Positions 26,779-36,818 of a stretch of 64,000 nt of DNA are shown in pieces. How positions within the stretch are numbered: the stretch's first letter is position 1; every line of letters begins with the position of its first letter. The notes under the pieces were generated by a model. It worked only from the letters and a program-made list of their open reading frames with translations. It was not told where the DNA came from and made no database searches. This DNA comes from an uncultured Arcobacter sp. (GTDB lineage: Bacteria; Campylobacterota; Campylobacteria; Campylobacterales; Arcobacteraceae): contig OZ223302.1 of the NCBI GenBank assembly GCA_965140705.1, positions 384,001 to 448,000 on the forward strand, read 5' to 3'. The translations under genes were made by a program, and so were the position numbers.

Positions 26779-27192
26779 ATGAACAAAATACAAAAATTAG
26801 GTCTTACTGTTTTACTTTCAACAGTATTTGCATATGGACATGGAGATGTTGTACCTCAACCAATTGATACAAAAGGATTAAAGCCACTTGGTAAAGAGTG
26901 GTTAGAAACAAATCCATATGTTGGTAATAAAAAAGCTATAGAAATTGGAGAACATGGTTACGAAGAAAACTGTGCTAGATGTCATGGACTAGAAGTTGTT
27001 TCTGGTGGTATTGCTCCAGATTTAAGATACTTAGATACAGGACCTGATGGAGATGAATGGTTTATGGAAAGAATTAGAGGTGGGGCAGTTAGAAATGGTA
27101 ATGTTTATATGCCACCATTTGAAGGAATTCTGAGCCAAGAAGCTATGTGGGCAATCAGAAGTTTTATAGTAAGTAAACATATAGAAGAGTAA
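26779..27192 (+). CDS. pedF: Cytochrome c-550 (electron acceptor of the PQQ-ADH)
   Basis: HGDVVPQ N-terminus after the signal peptide, CARCH heme motif, GGIAPDLR, YMPPF, QEAMWAIR. Confidence 0.93.
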   Translation: MNKIQKLGLTVLLSTVFAYGHGDVVPQPIDTKGLKPLGKEWLETNPYVGNKKAIEIGEHGYEENCARCHGLEVVSGGIAPDLRYLDTGPDGDEWFMERIRGGAVRNGNVYMPPFEGILSQEAMWAIRSFIVSKHIEE

Positions 27193-27194
27193 AA

Positions 27195-28061
27195 ATGAGT
27201 ATTCTTAAATCAGCACTCATCATTTTAATTTTAGCACTTAGTATTCATGCAAGAAGTATTGAAGATATCAAAAAAAGTGGAGAAATAATTATTGCAGTTT
27301 ATAAGGATTTTCCACCATACTCTTTTAAGGAAAAAGGTGTAGCAAAAGGAATTGATGTTGATCTTGGCAAAATAGTCGCTAAAGCCCTTGGAGTAAAGCC
27401 AGTTTGGTATTTTACAGGTTTTGATGAGGATTTAGCCGCTGATTTAAGAAATACAATTTCTAGGGGGAATAAGGTACATAAAAACAGAGCTGATGTTATG
27501 TTTAGAATTCCTTATGACTATTCATATATGAGATTAACTGATAAACAAACAGGTGAACTTCAAAATGACATGGTCACAATAAAAGGCCCATATCAATCTG
27601 AGAAATGGGTTATAGCAACACATAAAAAAATAATTCCTAAGATAACTACCTTGGGAATTTTTGCTTATCAAACAATAGGTGTAGAAGTTGATATGCTTCC
27701 AGACCTTCATTTAAGTGGATTTGCTAGAGGTTTGATAAGAAAAAATGTTAAACACTACAGAAACTTTGATGATGCAATAAAAGATTTTAAACTAGGGAAA
27801 ATAGATGCAATAGCAGGATTGAAAACTCAACTTGAATATTTATTAGACTATAAAAACAATAAAGATAAATATTATATTTCTGATAATATCCCTATGATGA
27901 AATCAAAATGGGATTTAGCAACAGCAGTACGTAGTAACTATAGAGCACTAAGCTATTTTATTGATGGTGTAATAGAAAAAGCTTATAAAAATGGTGAAAT
28001 AAAAAATATTTTTAATAAATATGGAGTTGATTACTTACCTCCAATTGCAAGAACACAATAA
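27195..28061 (+). CDS. Periplasmic binding protein of quinoprotein clusters (MoxJ/ExaJ-like, SBP family 3)
   Basis: AVYKDFPPYS, GIDVDL, DLRN, ADVMFRIPYD; follows pedF. Confidence 0.8.
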   Translation: MSILKSALIILILALSIHARSIEDIKKSGEIIIAVYKDFPPYSFKEKGVAKGIDVDLGKIVAKALGVKPVWYFTGFDEDLAADLRNTISRGNKVHKNRADVMFRIPYDYSYMRLTDKQTGELQNDMVTIKGPYQSEKWVIATHKKIIPKITTLGIFAYQTIGVEVDMLPDLHLSGFARGLIRKNVKHYRNFDDAIKDFKLGKIDAIAGLKTQLEYLLDYKNNKDKYYISDNIPMMKSKWDLATAVRSNYRALSYFIDGVIEKAYKNGEIKNIFNKYGVDYLPPIARTQ

Positions 28062-28071
28062 AGGAATTATT

Positions 28072-28812
28072 ATGAAGAATATATTTTTTGCTCTTTTTTT
28101 GATTATAACTTCTCAAAATCTTTTCGCTAATAACCCCATTAGCTCACCCACATTTAAAGACATAATAAATGATGTTATAAAGGGTGAAAAATATATTTTT
28201 GATGATAAAAATATAATAGTAGATGTTCCAAAATTTGCAGATAATCCAATACAAGTTCCAATTTTCATAGACGGAAAAAATATTAAAAATGCAAAAAGAA
28301 TGATTGTTTTTGCTGATTTAAATCCAATACCTGTAATTGTAGATATGAAATTAATAGATTTACTTCCATTAATATCAGTAAATATAAAAGTTGCCCAAGA
28401 GACTCCTTTAAGAGCCTTGATTCAAGATGATAAAGGTATTTGGCATATAGGAAGTGCAAATATAAAAAGTTTCGGTGGAGGTTGTTCTGTTTCAAGTGTA
28501 TCTTCTAGCGATACAAATTTTGATAAATATTTAGGAAAAGCCAAAGGAGAGATTTTTCAAAAAGGTGATATTACTAGAATAAAAGCTTCAATTTTTCATC
28601 CAATGGAAACGGGCTTAGTATTTGGGAATAGTGCTTTTTACATAAATAAAATATCTATTTTTACAAAGAATAAAAAACTCTCTGATATAACTTCTTATTC
28701 TGCAATAAGTGAAAATCCTAGATTTATCTTTGAAACAAAAAATAAAAGCAAAGATTATAAAATTAATTTTTATGATACAGATGCAAATGAATTTTCATTG
28801 GATATAAAATGA
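28072..28812 (+). CDS. Quinoprotein dehydrogenase-associated fused SoxYZ-like carrier
   Basis: Start likely ATG 28072 (RBS AAGGA, signal peptide); DLNPIP, GGGC carrier motif, HPMETGL, ISENP. Confidence 0.85.
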   Translation: MKNIFFALFLIITSQNLFANNPISSPTFKDIINDVIKGEKYIFDDKNIIVDVPKFADNPIQVPIFIDGKNIKNAKRMIVFADLNPIPVIVDMKLIDLLPLISVNIKVAQETPLRALIQDDKGIWHIGSANIKSFGGGCSVSSVSSSDTNFDKYLGKAKGEIFQKGDITRIKASIFHPMETGLVFGNSAFYINKISIFTKNKKLSDITSYSAISENPRFIFETKNKSKDYKINFYDTDANEFSLDIK

Positions 28813-29726
28813 AAACTCTATTGTTATTGTTAAGTATTTTTACTTTTTGTTTTTCCTTTGATTTTAAATTAAAACCAATAAAATTGGCTAAAAATAGCTA
28901 CTATTTTTATGGAAAAGAGGAGTATTTTTCTATTAAAAATGGTGGAAATATTTCAAACACTGCTTTTATTATTACAAAAAATAGTGTTATTTTAATAGAT
29001 ACTGGTAGTTCATATGAGTATGGAGAAGAAGTAAAAAAGAAAATAAAACAAATCACAAATAAGCCAATAAAATATGTAATCAATACTCACCATCATCCTG
29101 ATCATTTTTTAGGAAATAATGCTTTTTCTAATAGTGAAATCTTCTCAACAGAATTTACAAAAAATGAAATAGCAAAAAATGGGGATTTATATATTGCAAA
29201 TCTAAATAATCTAGTGCAAGCTGCTATGAATGGTACTAAAATAAAAGTTCCAAATGAAATATTAAAATCAAATGAGTTAAATCTAGATGGATATAAATTA
29301 AAACTTTTTTATTTAGATGGTCATACAAAAAGTGATTTAGTAATTTATGATGAAAATACTAAAATACTTTATGCAGCTGATTTAGTTTTTAATAAAAGAA
29401 CTCTTGCTACACCACATGCGAATATTCCAGATTGGATAAAATCCCTAGAAAAATTAAAAAAAATAAACTATAAAATCTTAGTCCCAGGACATGGAAAAAT
29501 TGATAGGACTAAAAATGCTATAAATGAAGATATAGCTTATTTACACTATTTAGATAATACCTTAAAAAATAGTGCTAGAAATGGTTTTGATATCTTCGAA
29601 ATTCTTGCTAGACCAATTCCTAAAGAGTTTAAGAGTTTTACAATGTTTAAAGAAGAGTTTGAAAGAAGTATTATAAATCTTTATCCAAAATATGAAAAAA
29701 GAAGAATGAAAAGTTATCAAGAATAG
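28809..29726 (+). CDS. Quinoprotein relay system zinc metallohydrolase (MBL fold, SoxH-like)
   Basis: NGGNISN, IDTG, THHHPDHFLGN, GHT, VPGHG. Confidence 0.85.
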   Translation: MKTLLLLLSIFTFCFSFDFKLKPIKLAKNSYYFYGKEEYFSIKNGGNISNTAFIITKNSVILIDTGSSYEYGEEVKKKIKQITNKPIKYVINTHHHPDHFLGNNAFSNSEIFSTEFTKNEIAKNGDLYIANLNNLVQAAMNGTKIKVPNEILKSNELNLDGYKLKLFYLDGHTKSDLVIYDENTKILYAADLVFNKRTLATPHANIPDWIKSLEKLKKINYKILVPGHGKIDRTKNAINEDIAYLHYLDNTLKNSARNGFDIFEILARPIPKEFKSFTMFKEEFERSIINLYPKYEKRRMKSYQE

Positions 29727-29735
29727 CTAAAAAAG

Positions 29736-31148
29736 CTATTTTTGATTTTGCATAAATTCTAAAAGAAGTCTAACACCTGCGCCACTTGCTCCATAAGGAT
29801 TATAACCCCATACTTTTTCTCTATAAGCTGCTCCTGCTATATCAAAATGAAGCCATTTGTTTTTATTCTCATCTTTTATAAAATTATCTAAAAATAGTGC
29901 AGCAGTTATTGCTCCTCCAGCTTTTGATCCAACTGAGTTTACAATATCAGCCACACCGCTTTTTATCATAGGTGGTAAATATCTATTAAAGGGTAAAAAT
30001 CCAACTAATTCCCCTGATTTATCGGAGGCTTTACTGATTTTTTCTTTTAGTTTTTTATTATGTCCCATTACACCAGTTGTATATTCTCCCAAAGCTATAA
30101 TACAAGCACCTGTTAGTGTTGCCAAATCAAAGATATAATCTATATCTTTAATCTCATCTTGGGCATAACATAAACAATCAGCAAGTACAAGTCTTCCTTC
30201 CGCATCTGTATTTCTCACTTCTATAGTTTTACCATTACGAGCTACTAATACATCATCTGGTTTATAAGCATCTCCGCCAATCATATTTTCAACAGCACCT
30301 AAGATTCCATGAACTTCATATTCACAAGCAATAGCATTTAAAGAATTCATTACTCCTAAAACAGCACTTGCTCCACTTTTATCACATTTCATAGAGACCA
30401 TACCCTCACCTGATTTTAAACTCAAGCCTCCACAATCATAAGTTAAACCTTTTCCTACAAGAACAATTTTTCCCTTTGGATTTTTGGGTTTATATGTTAA
30501 ATGTATAAGTTGGCTTTCATGTCTTGAAGCACGTCCAACAGCAAGCATAGCATTCATGCCATGTTTTTCTAAATACTCTTCTCCTTGGATTTTACACTCT
30601 AAGCCATTTGCAAAAGATATCTCTTTTGCTTTTTCACCCATTGTAATTGGAGTAAAATCTTCAGGTGTAGTATTAACAATATTTCGAACTAAATTTACAC
30701 TTTCACAAATTGCTATTGCTTTATTTAATTTATTTTGTAGATCACTTTTTTTATATTTTGAAGCACTATTATCAATATAAATATTTAACTCTTTTTCCTC
30801 TTTTTTTGATTTATACTTGTCAAAAGAATAAGCTCCTAGAGTTAAGCCCTCAATGATATCTTTTAGATTTAATTCATTATCTTTATTTACAAGGGAAACT
30901 TTTATATTTTTATATTTTGTTTTTAATATAGCTTTTATAGCATTTGAAAAGGCAATTTTTAAATCTTCACCTTTTAATTTGTTTGCACCCACATATAATC
31001 TCTTTTTTTGAAATAAAATTTCGCCTTCATTTGCATTGAAGCCACTTTGTTTTAATAACTGTTTATCTTCTTTTTTAAACTCTTTTAAACTTTTTAAAAC
31101 CACAATCTCTATATCAAATTCTTCTATTTCATTTAATTTTATTTTCAT
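29736..31148 (-). CDS. pepA: Leucyl aminopeptidase (M17)
   Basis: VGKGLTYDCGG, MKCDKSG, NTDAEGRLVLAD, ATLTGA, HFDIAG. Confidence 0.95.
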   Translation of the reverse strand: MKIKLNEIEEFDIEIVVLKSLKEFKKEDKQLLKQSGFNANEGEILFQKKRLYVGANKLKGEDLKIAFSNAIKAILKTKYKNIKVSLVNKDNELNLKDIIEGLTLGAYSFDKYKSKKEEKELNIYIDNSASKYKKSDLQNKLNKAIAICESVNLVRNIVNTTPEDFTPITMGEKAKEISFANGLECKIQGEEYLEKHGMNAMLAVGRASRHESQLIHLTYKPKNPKGKIVLVGKGLTYDCGGLSLKSGEGMVSMKCDKSGASAVLGVMNSLNAIACEYEVHGILGAVENMIGGDAYKPDDVLVARNGKTIEVRNTDAEGRLVLADCLCYAQDEIKDIDYIFDLATLTGACIIALGEYTTGVMGHNKKLKEKISKASDKSGELVGFLPFNRYLPPMIKSGVADIVNSVGSKAGGAITAALFLDNFIKDENKNKWLHFDIAGAAYREKVWGYNPYGASGAGVRLLLEFMQNQK

Positions 31149-31990
31149 ACTTTATATCCTGTTCCTAATATTTCAGAAGCTTCAGAAATTATCAAAAAAG
31201 CTTCAGGGTCATGTTTTGAGACAATCTCTCTTAATAATTGGATTTTACTAGCTTCCACCGCTACAAATATTATATTTTTATTTTTCTCTTGATGCAAACC
31301 AACACCATTGATTACAGCACCATGCTCTTCAATTTTCTCTCTAATGTGCCAACTTAGGTGTTCCGTTTGATTTGATATTATATGAACAACTTTTTTAGAT
31401 GGTCTTCCTGTTAATACCATATCAACAATTTTTGATGTAATATAAACCCCAATAAGACTATAAAATGATTTCTTAATATCTCCATATACAAATATTGAAC
31501 TAATTAAAATCAGTGCATCTTGGGCTAATAATACTTCAGATACTTTAAATTTTGTTTTTGAAGCTATTAATTCTCCTGAGATAGAAGTACTACCTGTTGA
31601 TGATTTACCTTTTATAATAAATCCAACCCCTAGCCCAACGAATATACCACCAAATATAGCTCCTAAAAGAATATCATTTACTAAAGGTTTTAACTCTAAA
31701 ACTATTTTAAAGAAATCTGTAAAAAATGATAATAATAACATTGTAACAAGTGTCTTAAACGTATATTTTTTACCATAATAGATATACCCCACAAGTATAA
31801 AAGGAGCACTCACTAATATAATATATGTACCTAAAGTAAGATTAGGAAATACATAATGAATAAGTAAAGCAATACCTATTCCTCCACCTGTTATTATCTC
31901 ATTTGGGGATAGTAAAGTTACAGCACCAAAAGACAAAGACATAGTTCCTAACAAAATATATAAATAATTTAATAAATCTTTTTTCTTCAT
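31145..31990 (-). CDS. YitT family membrane protein
   Basis: ITGGGIGI, LLGAIFGG, SSTG, C-terminal HDPEAF domain. Confidence 0.88.
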   Translation of the reverse strand: MKKKDLLNYLYILLGTMSLSFGAVTLLSPNEIITGGGIGIALLIHYVFPNLTLGTYIILVSAPFILVGYIYYGKKYTFKTLVTMLLLSFFTDFFKIVLELKPLVNDILLGAIFGGIFVGLGVGFIIKGKSSTGSTSISGELIASKTKFKVSEVLLAQDALILISSIFVYGDIKKSFYSLIGVYITSKIVDMVLTGRPSKKVVHIISNQTEHLSWHIREKIEEHGAVINGVGLHQEKNKNIIFVAVEASKIQLLREIVSKHDPEAFLIISEASEILGTGYKV

Positions 31991-32043
31991 ATTTACCTTA
32001 ATAGAATTTTTTGGGATTATACCTATTTTATATTAAGTATTAT

Positions 32044-32922
32044 TTAGACATATGTAATAGGTAAATAATAATCTAAAATAAACTTTTCATCATCTTCTAA
32101 AAAATGATTCTTTTTATATATTGAATAAGAAGGTGCTGTTTTAGTCTCATATCCACTATTTAATAACCAAGTGTGATAAAGCCATCGCATAAATTTTAAA
32201 GTATCTCCATAAAAACCTTCTAAATGAAATTTTGCATATATTCCATCTGGAATTAAAAATGTTGGAAGTGAAGACTTTTCTATTTCCATATCATCTTCTA
32301 ATACAATACAAGCTATATATTGACACTTATCAAGAGGTGTAATTACTGGATTGTCGTGGTAAATACCTATTTGTTTATAATTCTTTATATTATTTGTAAG
32401 AGTCCAAGTGTAAAGTTTTTGCCAGATATTTTTTATACTATTATCATATCCTTCATGTCTTATATAATAAGCTCTTAGTTTGGGCATTTTTACAATTTTT
32501 GCTTCAACTTTAAATTCAGGAATATTTAAATCCAAAGAATCAATAGAATCCTTTAAAATCTCTTTAGAGTACTCTTTATAACCATCTTTTTTCCATTTTT
32601 TAGGAGTACAATTAAATCTTTGTTTAAAAGCCCTTATAAAAGAAGTTTGGGAACTATATCCACACATAGAAGCTATTTGAGTAATAGTTGAGTACTTATT
32701 TGTAATAAGTAAAGTAGAAGCCTTTTGTAATCTTATTGATTTAATTGCTTCATAAATATTTTTTCCAAACTCTTCTTTAAATATACGATGCATATGAAAT
32801 TTACTTATATTTAAATCCATACTTAGGGTATCGATATTTATATCTGTATCAATATATTTGTATATATAATACATAATATAATTAGTGATTTTTGCTCTTT
32901 TTTCTAAAGTCTCTTTTTTCAT
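32044..32922 (-). CDS. AraC-family regulator with C-terminal GyrI-like effector domain
   Basis: SKFHMHRIFK, IASMCGYSSQTSFIRAFK, YHDNPVIT. Confidence 0.9.
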   Translation of the reverse strand: MKKETLEKRAKITNYIMYYIYKYIDTDINIDTLSMDLNISKFHMHRIFKEEFGKNIYEAIKSIRLQKASTLLITNKYSTITQIASMCGYSSQTSFIRAFKQRFNCTPKKWKKDGYKEYSKEILKDSIDSLDLNIPEFKVEAKIVKMPKLRAYYIRHEGYDNSIKNIWQKLYTWTLTNNIKNYKQIGIYHDNPVITPLDKCQYIACIVLEDDMEIEKSSLPTFLIPDGIYAKFHLEGFYGDTLKFMRWLYHTWLLNSGYETKTAPSYSIYKKNHFLEDDEKFILDYYLPITYV

Positions 32923-33028
32923 AAAAACATTATATTATATTTTAGCAAGAATAGATAGTTTTTATAGCAAAAAGTGTAAAGAATAAAATTTTAAATTGAT
33001 ATATCATTTCACTAAAAAAGAGGATTAA

Positions 33029-34138
33029 ATGAAACGTTCATTTATAAGAGAGATACTTGAAGCAATAGATGAAGAGACAATATCTTTTGCTGGTGGTTTA
33101 CCAAATGGTTTATTATTCCCAGTTGATGATTTAAAATTATCAGCAAATAACATCCTAAAAAAAAGAGATGTTTGGCAATATAGTTTAAGCAATGGAATTA
33201 AAAGCTTAAGAAAAAAAATTGCAAAACAATACTCTAATGAAGGGTTTGAAACTGATGCTGATAATATACTTATTACTACAGGAAGCCAACAAGCTTTATA
33301 CATCTTAGCAAGATATTTCCAAAATAAATCTATAGTCTTAGAAGATCCCTCTTATTTAGGTGCAATAAATACTTTTAAATTAAATGATTTAAAAATGAAA
33401 AGTGCTCCCTTAGAAAATGATGGTATAGAAATAAAAGCTTTTGAAAAGGTTTATGAAAAATCTAAATTAACTTATTTAATTCCAGATTTTCAAAATCCAT
33501 CAACTAGAACTTATTCTAAACACAAAAGAAAAGAAGTAGCAAAAATTGTTAAAAAATATGATGGTTTAATTATAGAAGATAGCCCTTATACAGAACTATA
33601 TTTTACTGAAAAAAACACAAGCATAAGCTCACTTATTCCAAATAATAGTTTTCATCTAGGTTCTTTTTCAAAAACACTTTGTCCATCACTTAGAATTGGT
33701 TGGATAAGAGCAAATAAAAAATTAATAGATGAACTTTTAGTAATAAAAGAGAGTATTGATTTACATAGTTGTGGTTTATCTCAACATCTTTTAAATGAGT
33801 ATTTAAAAGATACTAAAAAATATGAAAACCACTTAAATATTTTAAGAAAATATTATAAAGAAAAATCAGAATACTTTTGTGAGCAATTAGATAAATATCT
33901 ACCAGAATTTATCTATGAAAAGCCAAAAGGTGGGATGTTTGTATATGGTGAATTTAAAGATGTTGATAGTTTTGAACTTTTAAATAAATGTATGAAAAGA
34001 AAAGTTGTATTTGTACCTGGCTGCGAATTTTATGTAAAAAATAAAAATAAAAATGAGATTAGATTTAATTTTACAAACTCTAGTTTAGAAGATATTACAA
34101 AAGGTATTAAAATAATCGCAGAAGCTCTTAAATCTTAA
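33029..34138 (+). CDS. PLP-dependent class I/II aminotransferase (LysN/MocR-like)
   Basis: ISFAGGLP, TTGSQQAL, DFQNP, GSFSKTLCPSLRIGW, PKGGMF. Confidence 0.9.
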   Translation: MKRSFIREILEAIDEETISFAGGLPNGLLFPVDDLKLSANNILKKRDVWQYSLSNGIKSLRKKIAKQYSNEGFETDADNILITTGSQQALYILARYFQNKSIVLEDPSYLGAINTFKLNDLKMKSAPLENDGIEIKAFEKVYEKSKLTYLIPDFQNPSTRTYSKHKRKEVAKIVKKYDGLIIEDSPYTELYFTEKNTSISSLIPNNSFHLGSFSKTLCPSLRIGWIRANKKLIDELLVIKESIDLHSCGLSQHLLNEYLKDTKKYENHLNILRKYYKEKSEYFCEQLDKYLPEFIYEKPKGGMFVYGEFKDVDSFELLNKCMKRKVVFVPGCEFYVKNKNKNEIRFNFTNSSLEDITKGIKIIAEALKS

Positions 34139-34214
34139 TATTTTTATTTGACTTAACATAAAGATATTTTTGATAAAATCATTACTAAAATAAACCTGTG
34201 TGGGGAAAAGTGTA

Positions 34215-34415
34215 ATGACTCTTATTATAAATGGCGAAGAGAAGAACTTTCAGGAGGGAATCTCTTTGCAAGAAATTATTACTTCATTAAACATCGAAGA
34301 TAAAGTTATGGCAGCAGCTGTAAATATGGAAATCGTCAAAAAAAATGAGTGGACAAACTATAAACCAGAAAATGACGATAAATTAGAATTACTACAATTT
34401 GTTGGCGGTGGTTGA
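34215..34415 (+). CDS. thiS: Sulfur carrier protein ThiS
   Basis: IINGE, AVNMEIV, C-terminal FVGGG; start likely ATG 34215. Confidence 0.88.
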   Translation: MTLIINGEEKNFQEGISLQEIITSLNIEDKVMAAAVNMEIVKKNEWTNYKPENDDKLELLQFVGGG

Positions 34416-36499
34416 TGTTAACTTCTGATATAAGCTCTGTTTGTACTTATTGTGGAGTTGGATGTGATATTACTGCCCAAGTTCAAAATAATCAAATATT
34501 AAAAATTTATGCTCAAAATGATGGATATGTAAGTCAAGGTAAACTTTGTATAAAAGGAAAACTTGGCTTTGATTTTGTGGATTCTGACAAAAGAGTAAGA
34601 AACTGTAGAGTAAAAAAAAGTTTTATTGATAATAACTTCTTAGAACTCCCACGGGAATTAAAAGCTAGAGTTAGAACTTTAAAAGAGTTTGATGAAACTT
34701 ATTATGAAGCTCCCTATGAATTTACTACTTCTTTAGCCGCATGGAAATTAACAGAAATAAAACAAAGATATGGAAGACATAGTTTTTGCGGAATGGGAGG
34801 AGCTAGAACTTCCTGTGAAAGTGCCTATATGTTCCAAAAATTTGTAAGAACTGCTATGGATTCACCACATATTGACAACTGTGCTAGAGTTTGTCATTCA
34901 CCTTCACTTAAAGGAATGAGAACAACTATTGGAGAAGGTGCAGCGACTAATCCTTATGATGATGTATATGAAGCAGAAAACATTATAATAATGGGTTCAA
35001 ATACTACAGAAGCTCACCCAATAGTTGCAAATAGAATTATAAAAGCAGCAAGGGACAAAACAGCAGAACTAACTGTAATTGATGTAAGAGAGATCCAAAT
35101 TGGGAAATTTGCCACAAATAGTCTAGTAATACCCTATGAAGCAAACTTAATGGTTCTAAATATGATGGCTTATGTAATACTAAATGAAGAGCTTTATAAT
35201 AGTGAATTTTTAGATACTAGATGTGAGGGTTTTGAAGAGTATAAAAATTCAATATTAAATGATGAATTTGCAAATCCTGAATATATGAAAAACCTAAAAG
35301 GATATGAGCAATTAGCTGAACAAATTCCAGCTATTGCACGAACTTATGCTAGCAAAAAATCTATGTTTTTCTGGGGACTTGGAATTACAGAACACCTTGA
35401 TGGTTCATATGCTGTTATGGCTATTACTCACCTTGCAATGCTTACAGGAAATATTGGAAAAAGTGGAGCTGGTCTTATGCCACTTCGTGGTCAAAATAAT
35501 GTACAAGGAGCCTGTGACGTAGGTTGCTTACCATACTATGATCCTGATTATAAAGAACCAAAAGAAGTGGGTCTTATGACTCCTGATTTAATCGATGAAA
35601 TGATTGCAGGCAATGTAAAAGCCTTATATGTTATGGGTGAAGATGTAGCCCATATTCACCCAAATCAAAATAAAGTACATAAAGCTTTAGATAATTTAGA
35701 AGTTGTAATTTCAAATGAACTTTTTATGAATGAAGTATCAAAATATGCAGATATTGTTTTTGGAGTAAAATCAGCTTATGAAAAAACAGGTGTGTATGTA
35801 AATGCCATGAGAAGATTACACCTTTCTCAACCCTTAGTTGAATCAGACTTACCAGATGATTGGGAAGTTTTAAGGGATATAGAGAATAAAATCAATGGTG
35901 AATTTATATATGAAACTAGTGAAAATGTTTGGGATGAAGTAAGGGATGCAGTTAGTTCTAGATTTAGTGGGGCAACATATCATAAACTATCAAAAAATAG
36001 AAATAGAGGAATGCAATGGCCAATAGGAAAAACTGACACTCCAATTTTACATATAAATGAGTTTAGAACAGAAGATGGAAAAGGTAAATTTGCCTATCAT
36101 AAATATAATTTAAGAGAACAAGTAGAAAAACTACTAAATAAACAAGAGCGTCCAGAAAATGAGTTTTATCTAACCACAGGAAGAACAATAGTTCATTATA
36201 ATAATGCAGCCCAAACAATACATTCAAAATCTTTAAATTCTAGGTATGATACAGATATTATTTTAGCTTCAATAGAAGATAAAGAAAAGTTTCTTAGTGA
36301 GAAAGTAATACTAAAAACCCAACATGGAGAGACTAATCCTATGCCTATTAAATTTGTAAAGACAATTAAAAAAGGAACACTCTTTACAACTTTTCATCAT
36401 GTTAATTCAAAAGTAAATTACCTTTTTGGAGATGAAGCTGATGAGTTAATTAAAACTGCTAGATTTAAATCAGTAAAAGTTAATGTCTACTCAGCATAA
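34415..36499 (+). CDS. Cytoplasmic molybdopterin oxidoreductase, FdhF/formate dehydrogenase alpha-like (Cys ligand)
   Basis: CTYCGVGC...C [4Fe-4S], DNCARVCHSPS, PLRGQNNVQGACD; no Tat signal; ATG overlaps the thiS stop. Confidence 0.85.
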   Translation: MLTSDISSVCTYCGVGCDITAQVQNNQILKIYAQNDGYVSQGKLCIKGKLGFDFVDSDKRVRNCRVKKSFIDNNFLELPRELKARVRTLKEFDETYYEAPYEFTTSLAAWKLTEIKQRYGRHSFCGMGGARTSCESAYMFQKFVRTAMDSPHIDNCARVCHSPSLKGMRTTIGEGAATNPYDDVYEAENIIIMGSNTTEAHPIVANRIIKAARDKTAELTVIDVREIQIGKFATNSLVIPYEANLMVLNMMAYVILNEELYNSEFLDTRCEGFEEYKNSILNDEFANPEYMKNLKGYEQLAEQIPAIARTYASKKSMFFWGLGITEHLDGSYAVMAITHLAMLTGNIGKSGAGLMPLRGQNNVQGACDVGCLPYYDPDYKEPKEVGLMTPDLIDEMIAGNVKALYVMGEDVAHIHPNQNKVHKALDNLEVVISNELFMNEVSKYADIVFGVKSAYEKTGVYVNAMRRLHLSQPLVESDLPDDWEVLRDIENKINGEFIYETSENVWDEVRDAVSSRFSGATYHKLSKNRNRGMQWPIGKTDTPILHINEFRTEDGKGKFAYHKYNLREQVEKLLNKQERPENEFYLTTGRTIVHYNNAAQTIHSKSLNSRYDTDIILASIEDKEKFLSEKVILKTQHGETNPMPIKFVKTIKKGTLFTTFHHVNSKVNYLFGDEADELIKTARFKSVKVNVYSA

Positions 36500-36818
36500 A
36501 GGTAAATATGCAGAAACAAAAGCTTGTGAGTACTTGAACTCACAAGGCTTTAAAATAGTTGAGCAAAACTTTTTTGCAAAAAAAATAGGTGAGATTGATA
36601 TTATTGCTTCAAAAGATGAAACTTATCATTTTGTGGAAGTAAAATCTGGACTTGAATATGAAGCAGCTGTAAATAATATCACTAAATCAAAATTATCAAA
36701 AATAAAAAGAAGTGCTGAGTATTATTTGCAAACCAAAAAACTAAATGTTGCCTTTTGTATAGATGCAATTATTATCGTAAATGAAGAGCTAGAGTTTTTA
36801 GAAAATATAACTCTATAA
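36483..36818 (+). CDS. yraN: YraN (UPF0102) endonuclease-like protein
   Basis: GKYAE, GEIDIIA, FVEVKS. Confidence 0.9.
   Translation: MSTQHKGKYAETKACEYLNSQGFKIVEQNFFAKKIGEIDIIASKDETYHFVEVKSGLEYEAAVNNITKSKLSKIKRSAEYYLQTKKLNVAFCIDAIIIVNEELEFLENITL

Noticed and set aside
28072..29726. Sox sulfur-oxidation operon
   Set aside because: No soxAX, soxB or soxCD; the carrier is a fused SoxYZ-like protein with an internal GGGC, in a quinoprotein context
29722..29740. GCTAAA-AAA-GCTATT between the MBL gene and pepA
   Set aside because: Wrong spacing (N3) and located between convergent stops; better explained as a small terminator hairpin
34870..34905. Possible selenocysteine recoding in the FdhF-like gene
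   Set aside because: The ligand codon is TGT (Cys) in CARVCH and the frame has no internal TGA
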